In this document: positions 10,239-21,050 of the stretch, piece after piece
Layout of the letters: the number at the start of each line of letters is the position of its first letter
Position numbering within the stretch: position 1 is the first letter of the stretch
Assembly: GCA_963772835.1 (NCBI GenBank)
Contig: CAVYYZ010000002.1
Coordinates: 320,001 to 384,000, forward strand
Direction of reading: 5' to 3'
DNA length: 64,000 bases
Source: an uncultured delta proteobacterium
GTDB lineage: Bacteria > Desulfobacterota > Desulfuromonadia > Geobacterales > Pseudopelobacteraceae
Translations under genes and position numbers: made by a program
Notes under the pieces: generated by a model
Databases searched by the model: none
The model's input: the letters and a program-made list of their open reading frames with translations, nothing else
Told to the model about the DNA's origin: nothing

Positions 10239-11270
10239 TTAAAGATACTCTGACCGCCACATCTGGACTTTCTCAAGGACATCACGCACCGTGATTCGCC
10301 CCATGCGGTCGGGTCGATTCTCCATCGAGACCGGATAATCTTCGCCGGGCTCACCGTAGGCATCAATCACAAGATCGTTGAATTTGCGGTACGGCCCGAC
10401 CCGCTTCGGGTTGGAAAACCCCATCAGGGCCACGACCGGGCGATCAAGCGCCACCGTGATATGAAGCGGCCCCGTATCGAGCGAAATAACCAGTGCCGCC
10501 CCCTCCAGAATTCCGACCAGACCTCGTAAACCACCATTTCCCAAGGCACTCAAGGGGGGACGTTTCGCCTTTTCCAGGATGATCCGTTCACACTCGACTT
10601 CTGCCGGCGAGCGCCCTCCTACCAGCACCGGCTGGACTCCGAAATCAGAATAAAGCGCATCGCAGACCTCTGCCCACCGTTCAGGAATCCAGTTTTTTTG
10701 CAGTTTGCTGGTCGCCACAACGATCGGTACTGCCGGGCGTTCGAGGCGGGAGTAAAAACTTTTCTGCCAGGCGCGTTCCTCATCGTTCCACGGTCCGAGC
10801 CCCCAGGTAACCGGTTCGGTCGGAGCTCCCAGCCAGTCACAGAATTCAAGGTACTGATCCTGTACGTGCTGCATCGCATGAGGAGGAATTCGGTGAGTGG
10901 TAAACAGCCAGTTAAGATCACGGGCACGGGCGAAATCAAAGCCGAGCTTTACCGTTGCATGTATAAATGAAGTGATTATATTAGCTTTGAAATACACCTG
11001 GAGATCAATGACGAGATCAAACCTGCGGCTGCGCAGTTCCTCGCGAACTGCAAGGAATCCGCGAATCCCCTGAGTCCGATCGAAAATAATAATTTCATCG
11101 ACCAACCTGTGGCCGCGTACCAGCATGGCCGGGCCCGGCTGCAATACCCATGTCACCTGCATGGCCGGGTTTGCTTTCTTAAGGGCGTGCAGCACCGGCA
11201 GTACATGCACCGTATCACCCACGGCACTCATCATGACGATACATACACGATCTGATGCAACTTTCATCAA
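10239..11270 (-). CDS. GT9 ADP-heptose:LPS heptosyltransferase (OpsX/WaaC-like)
   Basis: SAVGD, DLQ, DTGPLH motifs. Confidence 0.88.
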   Translation of the reverse strand: MMKVASDRVCIVMMSAVGDTVHVLPVLHALKKANPAMQVTWVLQPGPAMLVRGHRLVDEIIIFDRTQGIRGFLAVREELRSRRFDLVIDLQVYFKANIITSFIHATVKLGFDFARARDLNWLFTTHRIPPHAMQHVQDQYLEFCDWLGAPTEPVTWGLGPWNDEERAWQKSFYSRLERPAVPIVVATSKLQKNWIPERWAEVCDALYSDFGVQPVLVGGRSPAEVECERIILEKAKRPPLSALGNGGLRGLVGILEGAALVISLDTGPLHITVALDRPVVALMGFSNPKRVGPYRKFNDLVIDAYGEPGEDYPVSMENRPDRMGRITVRDVLEKVQMWRSEYL

Positions 11271-12052
11271 TTATTCTCCCGTGCGAGGGCTGCCAGTTGT
11301 GACAATGATTCTTCGGATAAATCGAGCCCCCATCGGTCGCGCCACTTGTGAGCAGATCGTTCCAGTCGTTTGAAGTTCCGGGCGGCTATGCCATTTCCGC
11401 CCGGGAATGTCACACGGTCGACGTCAAGCAGGTATGCGGTCAGATAATACCCTCTGCCGGCAATGTAGATATTTTTGAGATTCAGGTCGGCATGCCACGC
11501 TCCCGCCCGTGCAAGTGCGCCAAGCAACCGGGCCACAGCCACAAGCAGCGGTGTACGATCCACTCCGTTCCGTTTCGTCCACGCGGCGGGGAAATCATCC
11601 CCCTCCGGGAGGCGGCGCGTCATGACATCGCTCCGGGCGAAAATCCCGGAAGCAGGATAGACGGCGTACGCGATCACTTCCGGAGTTGGAATTCCTGCAG
11701 CAGTCAGTCGTAGTGAAGTTGCCAGTTCGAGTGGAGCCCGTGTGGGATTCAGAAAATACTCTCCCGTCAGACCATGCAGCAGTCCCCCGTGACAATTTCT
11801 ACGGACGACGACCGGAATTACCGGATTTGACGGCAGATCCACGGAGTATATTACTCCGCGGCCCCGCATCTCTTCTCGCACAGGCTGCAGTGACGCCCAC
11901 TCATGGAGAGTTCCCGACTCAAGAATCCGCGCAACCGATGATGCCGCCGGATCAAGGGCAACAGCGCGAAACTCATGCACGGCAAGCTGAGTATACCCTT
12001 GCCGGAGTGCACCGGAATTTCGAATGTTGGAAGGAGCAATTGCAGGCATCAT
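11267..12052 (-). CDS. kdkA: Kdo kinase / lipopolysaccharide kinase (KdkA/InaA family)
   Basis: GRG, HGGL, HADLNLKNI, LLDVD, NFKRLERS motifs. Confidence 0.8.
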   Translation of the reverse strand: MMPAIAPSNIRNSGALRQGYTQLAVHEFRAVALDPAASSVARILESGTLHEWASLQPVREEMRGRGVIYSVDLPSNPVIPVVVRRNCHGGLLHGLTGEYFLNPTRAPLELATSLRLTAAGIPTPEVIAYAVYPASGIFARSDVMTRRLPEGDDFPAAWTKRNGVDRTPLLVAVARLLGALARAGAWHADLNLKNIYIAGRGYYLTAYLLDVDRVTFPGGNGIAARNFKRLERSAHKWRDRWGLDLSEESLSQLAALARENN

Positions 12053-12241
12053 CGTCTCAAAGAGGTGGAATATGTAACGGGCTGTTGAAACTTAATTTTA
12101 TTCGACACGTGTAAATATCATTCATATCAAAGTATCGTCAACCTGAAACTGGAACAATATCAGCGACAGGATGTGTAATTTACTTCAAAAGTGATGTCAA
12201 TTATGGCATATTGGCAAACCAATTTTTTAGACACGGATATT

Positions 12242-12409
12242 ATGCTGCCACAGGATTTACTACAGATACTCGCATGCCCGGTCTGCAAGGGGGGGTTGAT
12301 TGAGAACGAAGAGGGTTCCTCTCTGCGCTGCCAACCCTGCAGCAGGGACTATCCCGTTGTCGAAGGTATCCCGGTTTTGCTGTCGGAACAATCAGTCACC
12401 ACTCCGTGA
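12242..12409 (+). CDS. ycaR: Trm112/YcaR family protein
   Basis: LLQILACPVCKG...YPVVEGIPVLL. Confidence 0.9.
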   Translation: MLPQDLLQILACPVCKGGLIENEEGSSLRCQPCSRDYPVVEGIPVLLSEQSVTTP

Positions 12410-12444
12410 CATACCTGTTACCTAACTTTATAAGGACCATTTAA

Positions 12445-14172
12445 ATGCCCATATTCAAAAGACTGATGCTGTACATGAAACCCTACTGGTGGCGGATATT
12501 GATTGCCGGACTGGCCTCATCAGCATATGGGGGATTCGACGCGGCTTTCGCATATATGGTCGCACCTCTTTTAAAAAAGATATTCGTCACCAAAGACATG
12601 TTTATCTTTTCGATACTGCCACTTGCCATTATTCTTATTTTTGCATTACGGGCCCTCTGCCGGTACCTGAACGACTATTTCATGCGTACTGCGGCCCAAC
12701 TGGCGGTACAGGATGTTCGTAACGAAATCTTTCAAAAAAATGTTTTTTTGGACTTGAAATTTTTCTATCGCAACCAGACCGGTTCACTGATGTCGCGGAT
12801 AGTTAATGATGTGGCCATGATGCAAGATGGTGTCGGCGGGATAATTACGGGAGTTTTCAGGGACTTCGTCGGCCTGGTCACCCTTCTGGGAGTCATTTTT
12901 TATCGTGACTGGCAGCTGGCACTTATTTCAATTCTTGTTATTCCGCTTACAATTTATCCCGCAAACATACTCGGTTCTAAGATTAAAAAGACGGCTCGCA
13001 AGGGGCAGGAGGAGGCCGGCTATTTCGCCAGCATTCTACAGGAAACATTAAGTGGCATCAAAGTCGTGAAGGCATTCTCCCTTGAGAAGGTAATGGTTGA
13101 CCAGTTCGCCCGCGCCAACCTGAAGTACTATAATTTCATCCGGAAGATGATTAAGTACAGTGCCTTATCAGCTCCGATCATGGAAATAATTACGTCGCTC
13201 GGCATTGCTGCGGTTATTTATTATGGCGGCAGAAAAGTAATGGCAGGCCAGATGACGGCCCCTGAATTCTTTTCTTTTATTACCGCCATGGCGCTTGTGT
13301 ATTCGCCCCTCAAGAAACTGATCGGGGCGTACAACGAGACGCAACGCTGCATTGGAGCGTCTGAACGGGTGTTTGAAATCATTGATGCGGTTCCTGAGAT
13401 TATTGATAACCCGAACGGTCATATTCTCTCCCAGGACGACAACCGGGTTGAACTTAAAAATGTCCGGTTCAAATATCAGGATGACTACATCATAAACGAT
13501 GTCAGCCTGGTAGCCGAAAAAGGTGAAATGGTCGCACTGGTAGGTCCTTCCGGCGGAGGTAAAACCACCCTTGTATCGCTGATAGCCCGCTTTTTTGATA
13601 TAAATGAAGGTCAGATACTTATCGGATCGCACGACATTCGCGATATCAAAAAAACAAGCCTCATGAATCATATCGCACTGGTTGATCAGGAAACCATCCT
13701 TTTTCACGACACAATCGCAAACAACATTCGCTATGGAAAAGCAGATGCGACTGATGATGAAATTAAAAAGGCCGCACAAGCGGCTTATGCGCATGACTTT
13801 ATAATGGAAATGCCCGGTGGCTATGAGACAAGCATCGGTGACCGCGGTGTCAGGCTTTCCGGAGGGCAGCGTCAACGAATCTGTATTGCCCGGGCAATAC
13901 TCAAAAACGCCCCGATTTTAATTCTTGACGAGGCCACAAGCGCTCTAGACACCGAAAGTGAGCAGATGGTTCAGAAAGCCCTCGATAATCTTATGAGCAA
14001 TCGTACAACCTTTGTAATAGCTCATAGGTTGTCAACGGTCCTCCATGCGGATAAAATTATTGTCATTGAAAATGGAAGTGTTGCAGAGAGCGGAACTCAT
14101 AACGGATTAATCCAGAATGACGGGCTTTACAGTAGACTTTGTACGGCACAGTTTGGAAGTGAATCTGATTAA
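12445..14172 (+). CDS. msbA: Lipid A export ABC transporter (permease + ATPase)
   Basis: TM domain, GPSGGGKT, LSGGQRQR, DEATSALD; lipid A cluster context. Confidence 0.9.
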   Translation: MPIFKRLMLYMKPYWWRILIAGLASSAYGGFDAAFAYMVAPLLKKIFVTKDMFIFSILPLAIILIFALRALCRYLNDYFMRTAAQLAVQDVRNEIFQKNVFLDLKFFYRNQTGSLMSRIVNDVAMMQDGVGGIITGVFRDFVGLVTLLGVIFYRDWQLALISILVIPLTIYPANILGSKIKKTARKGQEEAGYFASILQETLSGIKVVKAFSLEKVMVDQFARANLKYYNFIRKMIKYSALSAPIMEIITSLGIAAVIYYGGRKVMAGQMTAPEFFSFITAMALVYSPLKKLIGAYNETQRCIGASERVFEIIDAVPEIIDNPNGHILSQDDNRVELKNVRFKYQDDYIINDVSLVAEKGEMVALVGPSGGGKTTLVSLIARFFDINEGQILIGSHDIRDIKKTSLMNHIALVDQETILFHDTIANNIRYGKADATDDEIKKAAQAAYAHDFIMEMPGGYETSIGDRGVRLSGGQRQRICIARAILKNAPILILDEATSALDTESEQMVQKALDNLMSNRTTFVIAHRLSTVLHADKIIVIENGSVAESGTHNGLIQNDGLYSRLCTAQFGSESD

Positions 14173-14219
14173 CAGTGAAACGGGAAAACAGACGTACCAA
14201 TAGATAGAAAGATTATTTT

Positions 14220-15488
14220 ATGAATGTTTGCTATGACATTTCTGTCTTGGGCAGGGCTGCTGGTAATAACAGTGCTCGAACCGGCATATTTAGAGTTGTT
14301 GAAAATCTTGCAATCCAACTGTCCAAACATTCGGAAATAAACCTCCACTTTACGGCATTGCGCGGTTTGAGAGAGTGTCTCAGTTATATTGAAAAACACC
14401 CTGACTTAAATCATACCCAGCTCTCCTACACAAAATTTCCATTTCTTCTGGATGACCTCCGATATCGGATATCAAACGGAATTCAATATAGTGATTTCCC
14501 CGTTAAACAGACTTTGAAGGCGTCCAGGGAACTTCTGAATGGGGCAAGAAAGGTATTATCTTATTGTTCCCAAGGAAAAGAAAATATCAAATGTCCAGTC
14601 GGCGGCATCTTCCATTCACCGTATTTCCCGATCCCAAAGGGATTAAAATCTGAATATAACTTTATAACTGTTTATGACCTCATTCCGATTTTATACACCC
14701 AGTATTTTGGTTATAAAAAAGACCACATATTACACAATATAATCAATGGTATTAATCCTGAAACATGGGTTTTCTGCATATCCGAGGCGACAAAAAATGA
14801 TCTCCTTAATTATAATAAATCCGTTGATCCAGACAAGGTCGCGGTCATCCCACTCGGAGCTTCAGATCTTTTTTACAACTGCACTGACCCATTACAATTA
14901 CAAACTGTGAAAGCTAAATATGGCATACCGGAAGCTCCATATTTTCTCAGTTTGTCTACCCTTGAACCAAGAAAGAATATTGAAGCCACCATTAGATCTT
15001 TTGTGAAATTGGTGCGCCAAGAAAATATAACTGATCTTAATTTAGTATTAGTTGGAGCAACAGGCTGGAATTATACTACTATTTTTGATCAAATCTCGGC
15101 ATCTAAAGAACTAACCGACCGAATTATTGTAACAGGTTATGTAGACGATCAGGACTTGGCACCAATTTATTCAGGAGCCCTTGCATTTGTGTATCCGTCC
15201 TTTTACGAAGGGTTCGGCCTTCCGCCTTTAGAAGCAATGCAGTGCGGAATCCCGGTTATAACGTCAAATACATCATCATTGCCAGAAGTTGTAGGGGATG
15301 CCGGAGTTCAGGTGGATCCTAACGACAATGATGCGCTGTGCCAGGCGATGCTGGAAATGCAGAAAAACGAGCCCTTCAGACAGGATTTGTCAAGACGCTC
15401 TTTCGACCGAGCAAAAAAATTTTCCTGGGATGCATGTGCTGAAAAAACGATATGTCATTACAGTAAAGCAATGAGACTTCATCACTAA
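14220..15488 (+). CDS. GT4 glycosyltransferase
   Basis: [28 protein letters not shown]. Confidence 0.9.
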   Translation: MNVCYDISVLGRAAGNNSARTGIFRVVENLAIQLSKHSEINLHFTALRGLRECLSYIEKHPDLNHTQLSYTKFPFLLDDLRYRISNGIQYSDFPVKQTLKASRELLNGARKVLSYCSQGKENIKCPVGGIFHSPYFPIPKGLKSEYNFITVYDLIPILYTQYFGYKKDHILHNIINGINPETWVFCISEATKNDLLNYNKSVDPDKVAVIPLGASDLFYNCTDPLQLQTVKAKYGIPEAPYFLSLSTLEPRKNIEATIRSFVKLVRQENITDLNLVLVGATGWNYTTIFDQISASKELTDRIIVTGYVDDQDLAPIYSGALAFVYPSFYEGFGLPPLEAMQCGIPVITSNTSSLPEVVGDAGVQVDPNDNDALCQAMLEMQKNEPFRQDLSRRSFDRAKKFSWDACAEKTICHYSKAMRLHH

Positions 15489-15579
15489 AGCAATTTACTT
15501 TGGGGAGAAGTGGAATGAAAACCGTTTTTACGCGTGTTATCGTATATTTGTGTTTTAAGTTCAACACTGGAGGGATTCC

Positions 15580-16899
15580 GTGAGTGACTGGCTTGGCATA
15601 GCTAAATTTTTGTCTGCTGCAAAAAAATGCGTATCCGCCACATGTAGCACACTGATAAACGTACTAAGCATTATTGTTAAAATACCGAGAGGGGAAAAAA
15701 ACCGGCCGGTGTCATCTAACAATCCATCCGGGACATTGTACGCGGCCATTGAACCAAGTATACATATATTTGAACCGGGGGTTACTTTGGTTGGATATGT
15801 ATCAGGCGAATTTGGAGTAGCCGAAAATCTTCGAATGGCTTGCAGTGCAATAAAAGCAGTTTCGCTGCCAGTAGATATTTACAAAATCGGAACGGACGGT
15901 GTTTATGGTGAGTCTGATGAAAGGTTTGATACTTTTGTCGTGTCAGAGAGCGCAAATGCCATTCAAATATATTGTGTTAATGCTGACCAGATAGCTCAAA
16001 TTCAAAACACACTTGGACATAATAAAACTGCAGGAAGATACAAAATCGGATATTGGTTTTGGGAGTTATCAAATTTTCCGAACGATTGGCTGCACGCCTT
16101 CAACTATGTCGATGAAATTTGGGCCCCCACTAAATTCATTGCCGAGACTTTATTGAAAGTCTCGCCAAAACCGGTTATTCATATGCCGGTACCGGTAGCT
16201 TTTGCTTTAAAATCAGCTTACTCGCGAAAGTTTTTCTCCCTTCCTGCAGATTGTTTTTTATTCTTGTTCAGCTATGATTTTCACTCATACTCTCAACGAA
16301 AAAACCCGGAAGCATGTGTTGCTGCTTTTAAGGAAGCCTTTGACACCACCAATTCACGAGTAGGCCTTGTCATTAAAACAGTTTATGCGGAAAAACATCC
16401 GCTGGCATATGCAAAACTGCTGAGTTTAGTAGAGGGAGACGACCGGATTACAATTATCAATAAAGTAATGTCCCGTGATGAGATGTATGGCTTAATCAGC
16501 GTCTCTGATTCATTTTTAAGCCTTCATAGATCTGAAGGATTCGGACTGGGCATGGCTGAGGCCATGCTTCTGGGAAAACCTGTTATTGCCACCGGCTATT
16601 CTGGGAATATGGACTTTATGAACACAAAGAATTCGTGTGTTGTAGATTTCGCACTTGTCGATGTTGAACCAGGTGCTTATCCTCACTGGAAAGGGCAGGT
16701 CTGGGCAGAGCCCAATATAATCCAAGCCTCAGATTATATGAAGGAGATATTTGAGAATCAGATTTTTCGTGAAACAATTGCCCGTAACGGTCAGGAATAT
16801 ATACAGAAGCATCATTCACATACTGAGGTCGGAACCATCATGAAAGATCGGCTTGTTCAAATTGACAACAGACTATTAGTCAAACCCTCAGAAGGATAA
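15580..16899 (+). CDS. GT4 glycosyltransferase
   Basis: GYWFWEL, RKNP, SLHRSEGFGLGMAEAM, TGYSGNMDF. Confidence 0.88.
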   Translation: MSDWLGIAKFLSAAKKCVSATCSTLINVLSIIVKIPRGEKNRPVSSNNPSGTLYAAIEPSIHIFEPGVTLVGYVSGEFGVAENLRMACSAIKAVSLPVDIYKIGTDGVYGESDERFDTFVVSESANAIQIYCVNADQIAQIQNTLGHNKTAGRYKIGYWFWELSNFPNDWLHAFNYVDEIWAPTKFIAETLLKVSPKPVIHMPVPVAFALKSAYSRKFFSLPADCFLFLFSYDFHSYSQRKNPEACVAAFKEAFDTTNSRVGLVIKTVYAEKHPLAYAKLLSLVEGDDRITIINKVMSRDEMYGLISVSDSFLSLHRSEGFGLGMAEAMLLGKPVIATGYSGNMDFMNTKNSCVVDFALVDVEPGAYPHWKGQVWAEPNIIQASDYMKEIFENQIFRETIARNGQEYIQKHHSHTEVGTIMKDRLVQIDNRLLVKPSEG

Positions 16900-16996
16900 G
16901 CTACTTTTAAAGTTAACAGTTTATTTTAACTCTCGATATAATTAACTGCTTTCTGCAACAAACAGTAGCAATAAATACAATTTAACAGGAGCATAG

Positions 16997-17800
16997 ATGG
17001 GACTATCTAAATTTTTATCCAGATTCTTGTTCAAAAAATTTAATGGAATTAGTATAGATGATTTTTATCGTATGAGAGATGACATTGCCTCCCTTCAGCA
17101 TTTTCGCAATCGGTTCCGTACGCGAGTCTATATGTCTTCAGATTTGTTGCTACCCTCTCCAGAGCGAGGAAAACTTTCATACGGATACGAGAAATCAAAC
17201 GTCAATTCGAGTTATAGGGATTTTGAAAATATTTTTCGCGGAGATGAGTCCTTCATCAAGGAAAGATTACGTGCATACAGCCCTTTCTTTGCTAAAGATT
17301 CGCGTGTTGTCGATATTGGCTGTGGGCGTGGCGAATTTCTAGAAATACTTAAAGAAAAAAATGTAGATTACGTCGGTGTGGATTTAGATGAATCAATGAT
17401 TGAGAGGTGTCTTGAAAAAGACCTACGTTCAGTTGTAAAGTCTGATTTCGAGATCTACTTAAAAGGAGTGGATTCGTCAAATTTTGACGGGATATTTTCT
17501 GCACAATTCATTGAACACATAGCGCCAGAAAAAATTATGGATTTTTTTAAATTGTGTTATTCGTCAATCAAACCTGGGGGGGTACTGGCAGTTGAAACCG
17601 TTAATCCTTATTGTATTGAGGCATTTCGGACATTTCATGTTGATCTTACTCACCAGAAGAACATTTATCCCGAAGTGTTACTTTACTATTGCATGATCGC
17701 CGGTTTCAATAAAGCCAGTATATTTTACCCTAATCATGGCGGGTTTAAAGAGGATGAATATGATGATTCCAGTGAATATGCTGTCATCGCATATAAATAA
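16997..17800 (+). CDS. Class I SAM-dependent methyltransferase (glycan-associated)
   Basis: FENIFRG, VVDIGCGRGEFL, FIEH, ETVNP. Confidence 0.88.
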   Translation: MGLSKFLSRFLFKKFNGISIDDFYRMRDDIASLQHFRNRFRTRVYMSSDLLLPSPERGKLSYGYEKSNVNSSYRDFENIFRGDESFIKERLRAYSPFFAKDSRVVDIGCGRGEFLEILKEKNVDYVGVDLDESMIERCLEKDLRSVVKSDFEIYLKGVDSSNFDGIFSAQFIEHIAPEKIMDFFKLCYSSIKPGGVLAVETVNPYCIEAFRTFHVDLTHQKNIYPEVLLYYCMIAGFNKASIFYPNHGGFKEDEYDDSSEYAVIAYK

Positions 17801-17833
17801 TAATGCACCCCAAAGAAGAGAGGATGAGTTGAA

Positions 17834-18946
17834 ATGTCAAAACATATTTGTACGATAATAGCAAAAAACTATATTTCATTTGCACGTACTCTTTGTTCTT
17901 CATTTACCGAGCACCATCAGGATGGCAAATGCTATGTATTAATTATTGATGACTTTGAAGGTTATATCCACGAAGAACAGGAAAATTTTGAGATTATAAA
18001 TATTAAAGTTCTTAACATTAATAAACTAGATTCTTTCTGTTATAAATACAACATCACTGAATTGGCAACAGCGTTTAAGCCGTATTTATTAAGTTATCTA
18101 CTTGATACAAAGGGTTTGGAAAGTATTCTATATCTTGATCCGGACATTCTTGTGACCCACCCACTTACTAATTTGTATGATGAATTAAAACTTAGCGACA
18201 TAATAATTACACCACACTTGGACAAGGATTATCCGGACGACGGCCTCATGCCGGATGACAGTCATATTATGAGAAGCGGTATTTACAATCTTGGATTTAT
18301 CGGAATAAGACATTGTGATAATACAAATCAGTTTTTAAAGTGGTGGCAAGGCAAACTCTATAATAAATGTGTAATTGAAACAGGTGCAGGATATTTTGTT
18401 GACCAGAAATTCATTGATCTTGCGTTCGTTCTTTTCCCAAACATCAAGATCATTTATGATACCGGATACAACGCGGCTTATTGGAATGCACACAGTAGAA
18501 GTATATACAAACAAGGCAACTCCTGGATGTGCAATGGTGGTATTTTATACTTCTATCATTTTAGCAATTACAAACCTGACAAACCAGATACAATGTCAGG
18601 CCATCAAAATCGGTTTAATCTGGAAGACTTAACCGGATTGCATGAACTCTTTCTCGAATATACCGCTTTGTTGAAGCAGAATGGATATGAAACGACAAAG
18701 CAATGGCCTTATGACTACTTGTGCTATTCAAATGGCAGAATCATTGAAGATACCGACAGAATCGCTTTCAGAAAAGACCCGTCTTGTCACGAAATTGATA
18801 ATCCGTTTAATTGGGAAAGTCATCCGGTTGAATTTAGAAACAAGGTCGTAAAACGCCACATGAAGCAAAAGTTCAAATTTCATAAAAGACGTTTTAAGAA
18901 GAAGCTTTTGTCTATTTTGTCTGGCGCCTTCAAATCAAACGACTAA
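17834..18946 (+). CDS. GT-A fold glycosyltransferase (GT8-like)
   Basis: CTII...NY, ELATAFKP, YLDPDI, TPH, GIYNLGF, DQKF, FYHFS. Confidence 0.75.
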   Translation: MSKHICTIIAKNYISFARTLCSSFTEHHQDGKCYVLIIDDFEGYIHEEQENFEIINIKVLNINKLDSFCYKYNITELATAFKPYLLSYLLDTKGLESILYLDPDILVTHPLTNLYDELKLSDIIITPHLDKDYPDDGLMPDDSHIMRSGIYNLGFIGIRHCDNTNQFLKWWQGKLYNKCVIETGAGYFVDQKFIDLAFVLFPNIKIIYDTGYNAAYWNAHSRSIYKQGNSWMCNGGILYFYHFSNYKPDKPDTMSGHQNRFNLEDLTGLHELFLEYTALLKQNGYETTKQWPYDYLCYSNGRIIEDTDRIAFRKDPSCHEIDNPFNWESHPVEFRNKVVKRHMKQKFKFHKRRFKKKLLSILSGAFKSND

Positions 18947-19042
18947 CAATAAATTATTCAAAGACCCCTGTGCTGCCAAGGATGCATAATTTATTTATGC
19001 AATTACCAAGATAATCCGTCACTAAAATTTAATGGAGTCAGT

Positions 19043-19801
19043 ATGGCTATCCCTTTTCCCCCACTCGAACTCATGAAATCAGTAGGTTCAGATGATGAAA
19101 GTTTCTTTGATAACCCCACAGGAGAATTAACCTTCTTAGATGAAATACCTCCGGAGAAATACGAGAGAATCTTTGATTTCGGGTGTGGTTGCGGTCGTAT
19201 CGCGCGCAAACTAATGTGCCAAAAAGAAAACAGGCCGAAACACTACGTCGGTATCGACTTGTTTGATAAATCAATAAAGTGGTGTGCCGCAAATTTAACC
19301 AAGATTGATAAAAATTATACATTTTTACATCATGATGTATTTAACGCGCAGTTTAATCCGAAATGCAGGCTTGCAATAAAAGCTTTTCCTACTTCTGCTA
19401 AATATTCATTGGTAAATGCGCACTCTGTATTTACTCACATTATTGAAAACCAAATTGAATATTATTTATCTGAAAGTGCAAGGGTGCTCGAAGAAGACGG
19501 AATTTTTCGAGCAACATGGTTCTTGTTTGACAAAAAAGGGTTCCCAATGATGCAAGAGTTTCAAAACTGTTTATACATAAATCCCGATGATCTAACTAAT
19601 GCTACTATCTACGACTATAATTATATTCAACAAAAATATGCAGAGCAGGGTCTTGTTATTTATAAAATAATCCCTCCTACTGTAAGGGGATTCCAATGGT
19701 TTTTATTCGCAGCTAAAGAAACTGCCGGATTGAAAAAAGCAGAATTTCCTGACGACGTAGCACCACTAGGCATTATGCGGCCACCGGTATCAATTCAATA
19801 A
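19043..19801 (+). CDS. Class I SAM-dependent methyltransferase
   Basis: FDFGCGCGRIA, HSVFTH. Confidence 0.85.
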   Translation: MAIPFPPLELMKSVGSDDESFFDNPTGELTFLDEIPPEKYERIFDFGCGCGRIARKLMCQKENRPKHYVGIDLFDKSIKWCAANLTKIDKNYTFLHHDVFNAQFNPKCRLAIKAFPTSAKYSLVNAHSVFTHIIENQIEYYLSESARVLEEDGIFRATWFLFDKKGFPMMQEFQNCLYINPDDLTNATIYDYNYIQQKYAEQGLVIYKIIPPTVRGFQWFLFAAKETAGLKKAEFPDDVAPLGIMRPPVSIQ

Positions 19802-20000
19802 AGTTGGGAGACGCCGGCGCTGACCCGCTCTTTGAGAAGGAACATAAATACAATACGATGGACTTACCAACGTTAAATCCACACCCTGAAATGGACTTCA
19901 ATGTAATACTAAACATATAATTTCAGGATGTTACGCTTTAGCACAGACGACTAAATATCATGTATGCAAATCATTGCAGAGAGGTTAAGGGAATCAATCT

Positions 20001-21050
20001 ATGAAAAAAGCACTCATCACCGGCATAACCGGCCAGGACGGATCGTATCTGGCAGAACTGCTTCTCTCCAAAGGCTATGAAGTCCACGGCATGATCCGGC
20101 GCTCCTCCTCCTTCAACACCGGCCGCATCGATCACATCTACCGCGACCCGCATGAGAAGGATGTGCGCATGTTCCTGCACTACGGTGACCTGAACGACGC
20201 CAGCTCCATCAACATGCTGCTGCGGGCCATCCAGCCCGAGGAGATCTACAACCTGGGGGCCCAGAGCCATGTCCGCGTCTCCTTCGATGTCCCTGAATAC
20301 ACCGCAGAAGTAGACGGTCTCGGCGCCGTACGCATCCTTGAAGGAATCCGGGAAACCGGCCTGAACACACGCTTCTACCAGGCCTCATCCTCCGAACTGT
20401 ACGGCAAGGTAGTAGAAACCCCCCAGAAGGAAACAACCCCCTTCTACCCCCGTTCACCCTACGCCTGCGCCAAGGCCTACGCCTTCTACATCACCATGAA
20501 CTACCGCGAAAGCTACGGCATGCACGCCTCAAACGGCATCCTCTTCAACCACGAATCGCCCCGTCGCGGCGAAACCTTCGTCACCCGCAAAATCACCCGC
20601 GCCGCCGCCCGCATCAAACTGGGTCTGCAGGAATGTCTCTACCTCGGCAACATCGACGCAAAACGAGACTGGGGCTTCGCCGGCGACTACGTCGAAGCCA
20701 TGTGGCGGATGCTGCAGCAGGACGTAGCCGACGATTACGTCATCGCCACCGGCGAGACCTACATGGTACGGACCTTTGCCGAAAAAGTCTTCGCCCGTCT
20801 CGGCATGCCGCTGGCATGGCAGGGCAACGGAGTAGATGAAACAGGGATCGACACGACAAGCGGCCGGACCGTCATCCGGATCGACCCGAAATACTTCCGT
20901 CCGGCAGAAGTCGACCTGCTCCTCGGCGACCCGACCAAAGCGAAGACGCAGCTGGGGTGGGAACTGAAGACAAGCTTTGAGGAACTGGTGAATATGATGA
21001 CCGATGCCGACTTCACCATGGCCGAACGGGAGAAACGGGCGGATGGCTAA
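20001..21050 (+). CDS. gmd: GDP-mannose 4,6-dehydratase
   Basis: [38 protein letters not shown]. Confidence 0.97.
   Translation: MKKALITGITGQDGSYLAELLLSKGYEVHGMIRRSSSFNTGRIDHIYRDPHEKDVRMFLHYGDLNDASSINMLLRAIQPEEIYNLGAQSHVRVSFDVPEYTAEVDGLGAVRILEGIRETGLNTRFYQASSSELYGKVVETPQKETTPFYPRSPYACAKAYAFYITMNYRESYGMHASNGILFNHESPRRGETFVTRKITRAAARIKLGLQECLYLGNIDAKRDWGFAGDYVEAMWRMLQQDVADDYVIATGETYMVRTFAEKVFARLGMPLAWQGNGVDETGIDTTSGRTVIRIDPKYFRPAEVDLLLGDPTKAKTQLGWELKTSFEELVNMMTDADFTMAEREKRADG

Noticed and set aside
15515..15583. Short ATG ORF upstream of the second GT4, possible third frameshift
   Set aside because: The GTG at 15580 has its own GGAGG RBS and nothing shows homology extending upstream
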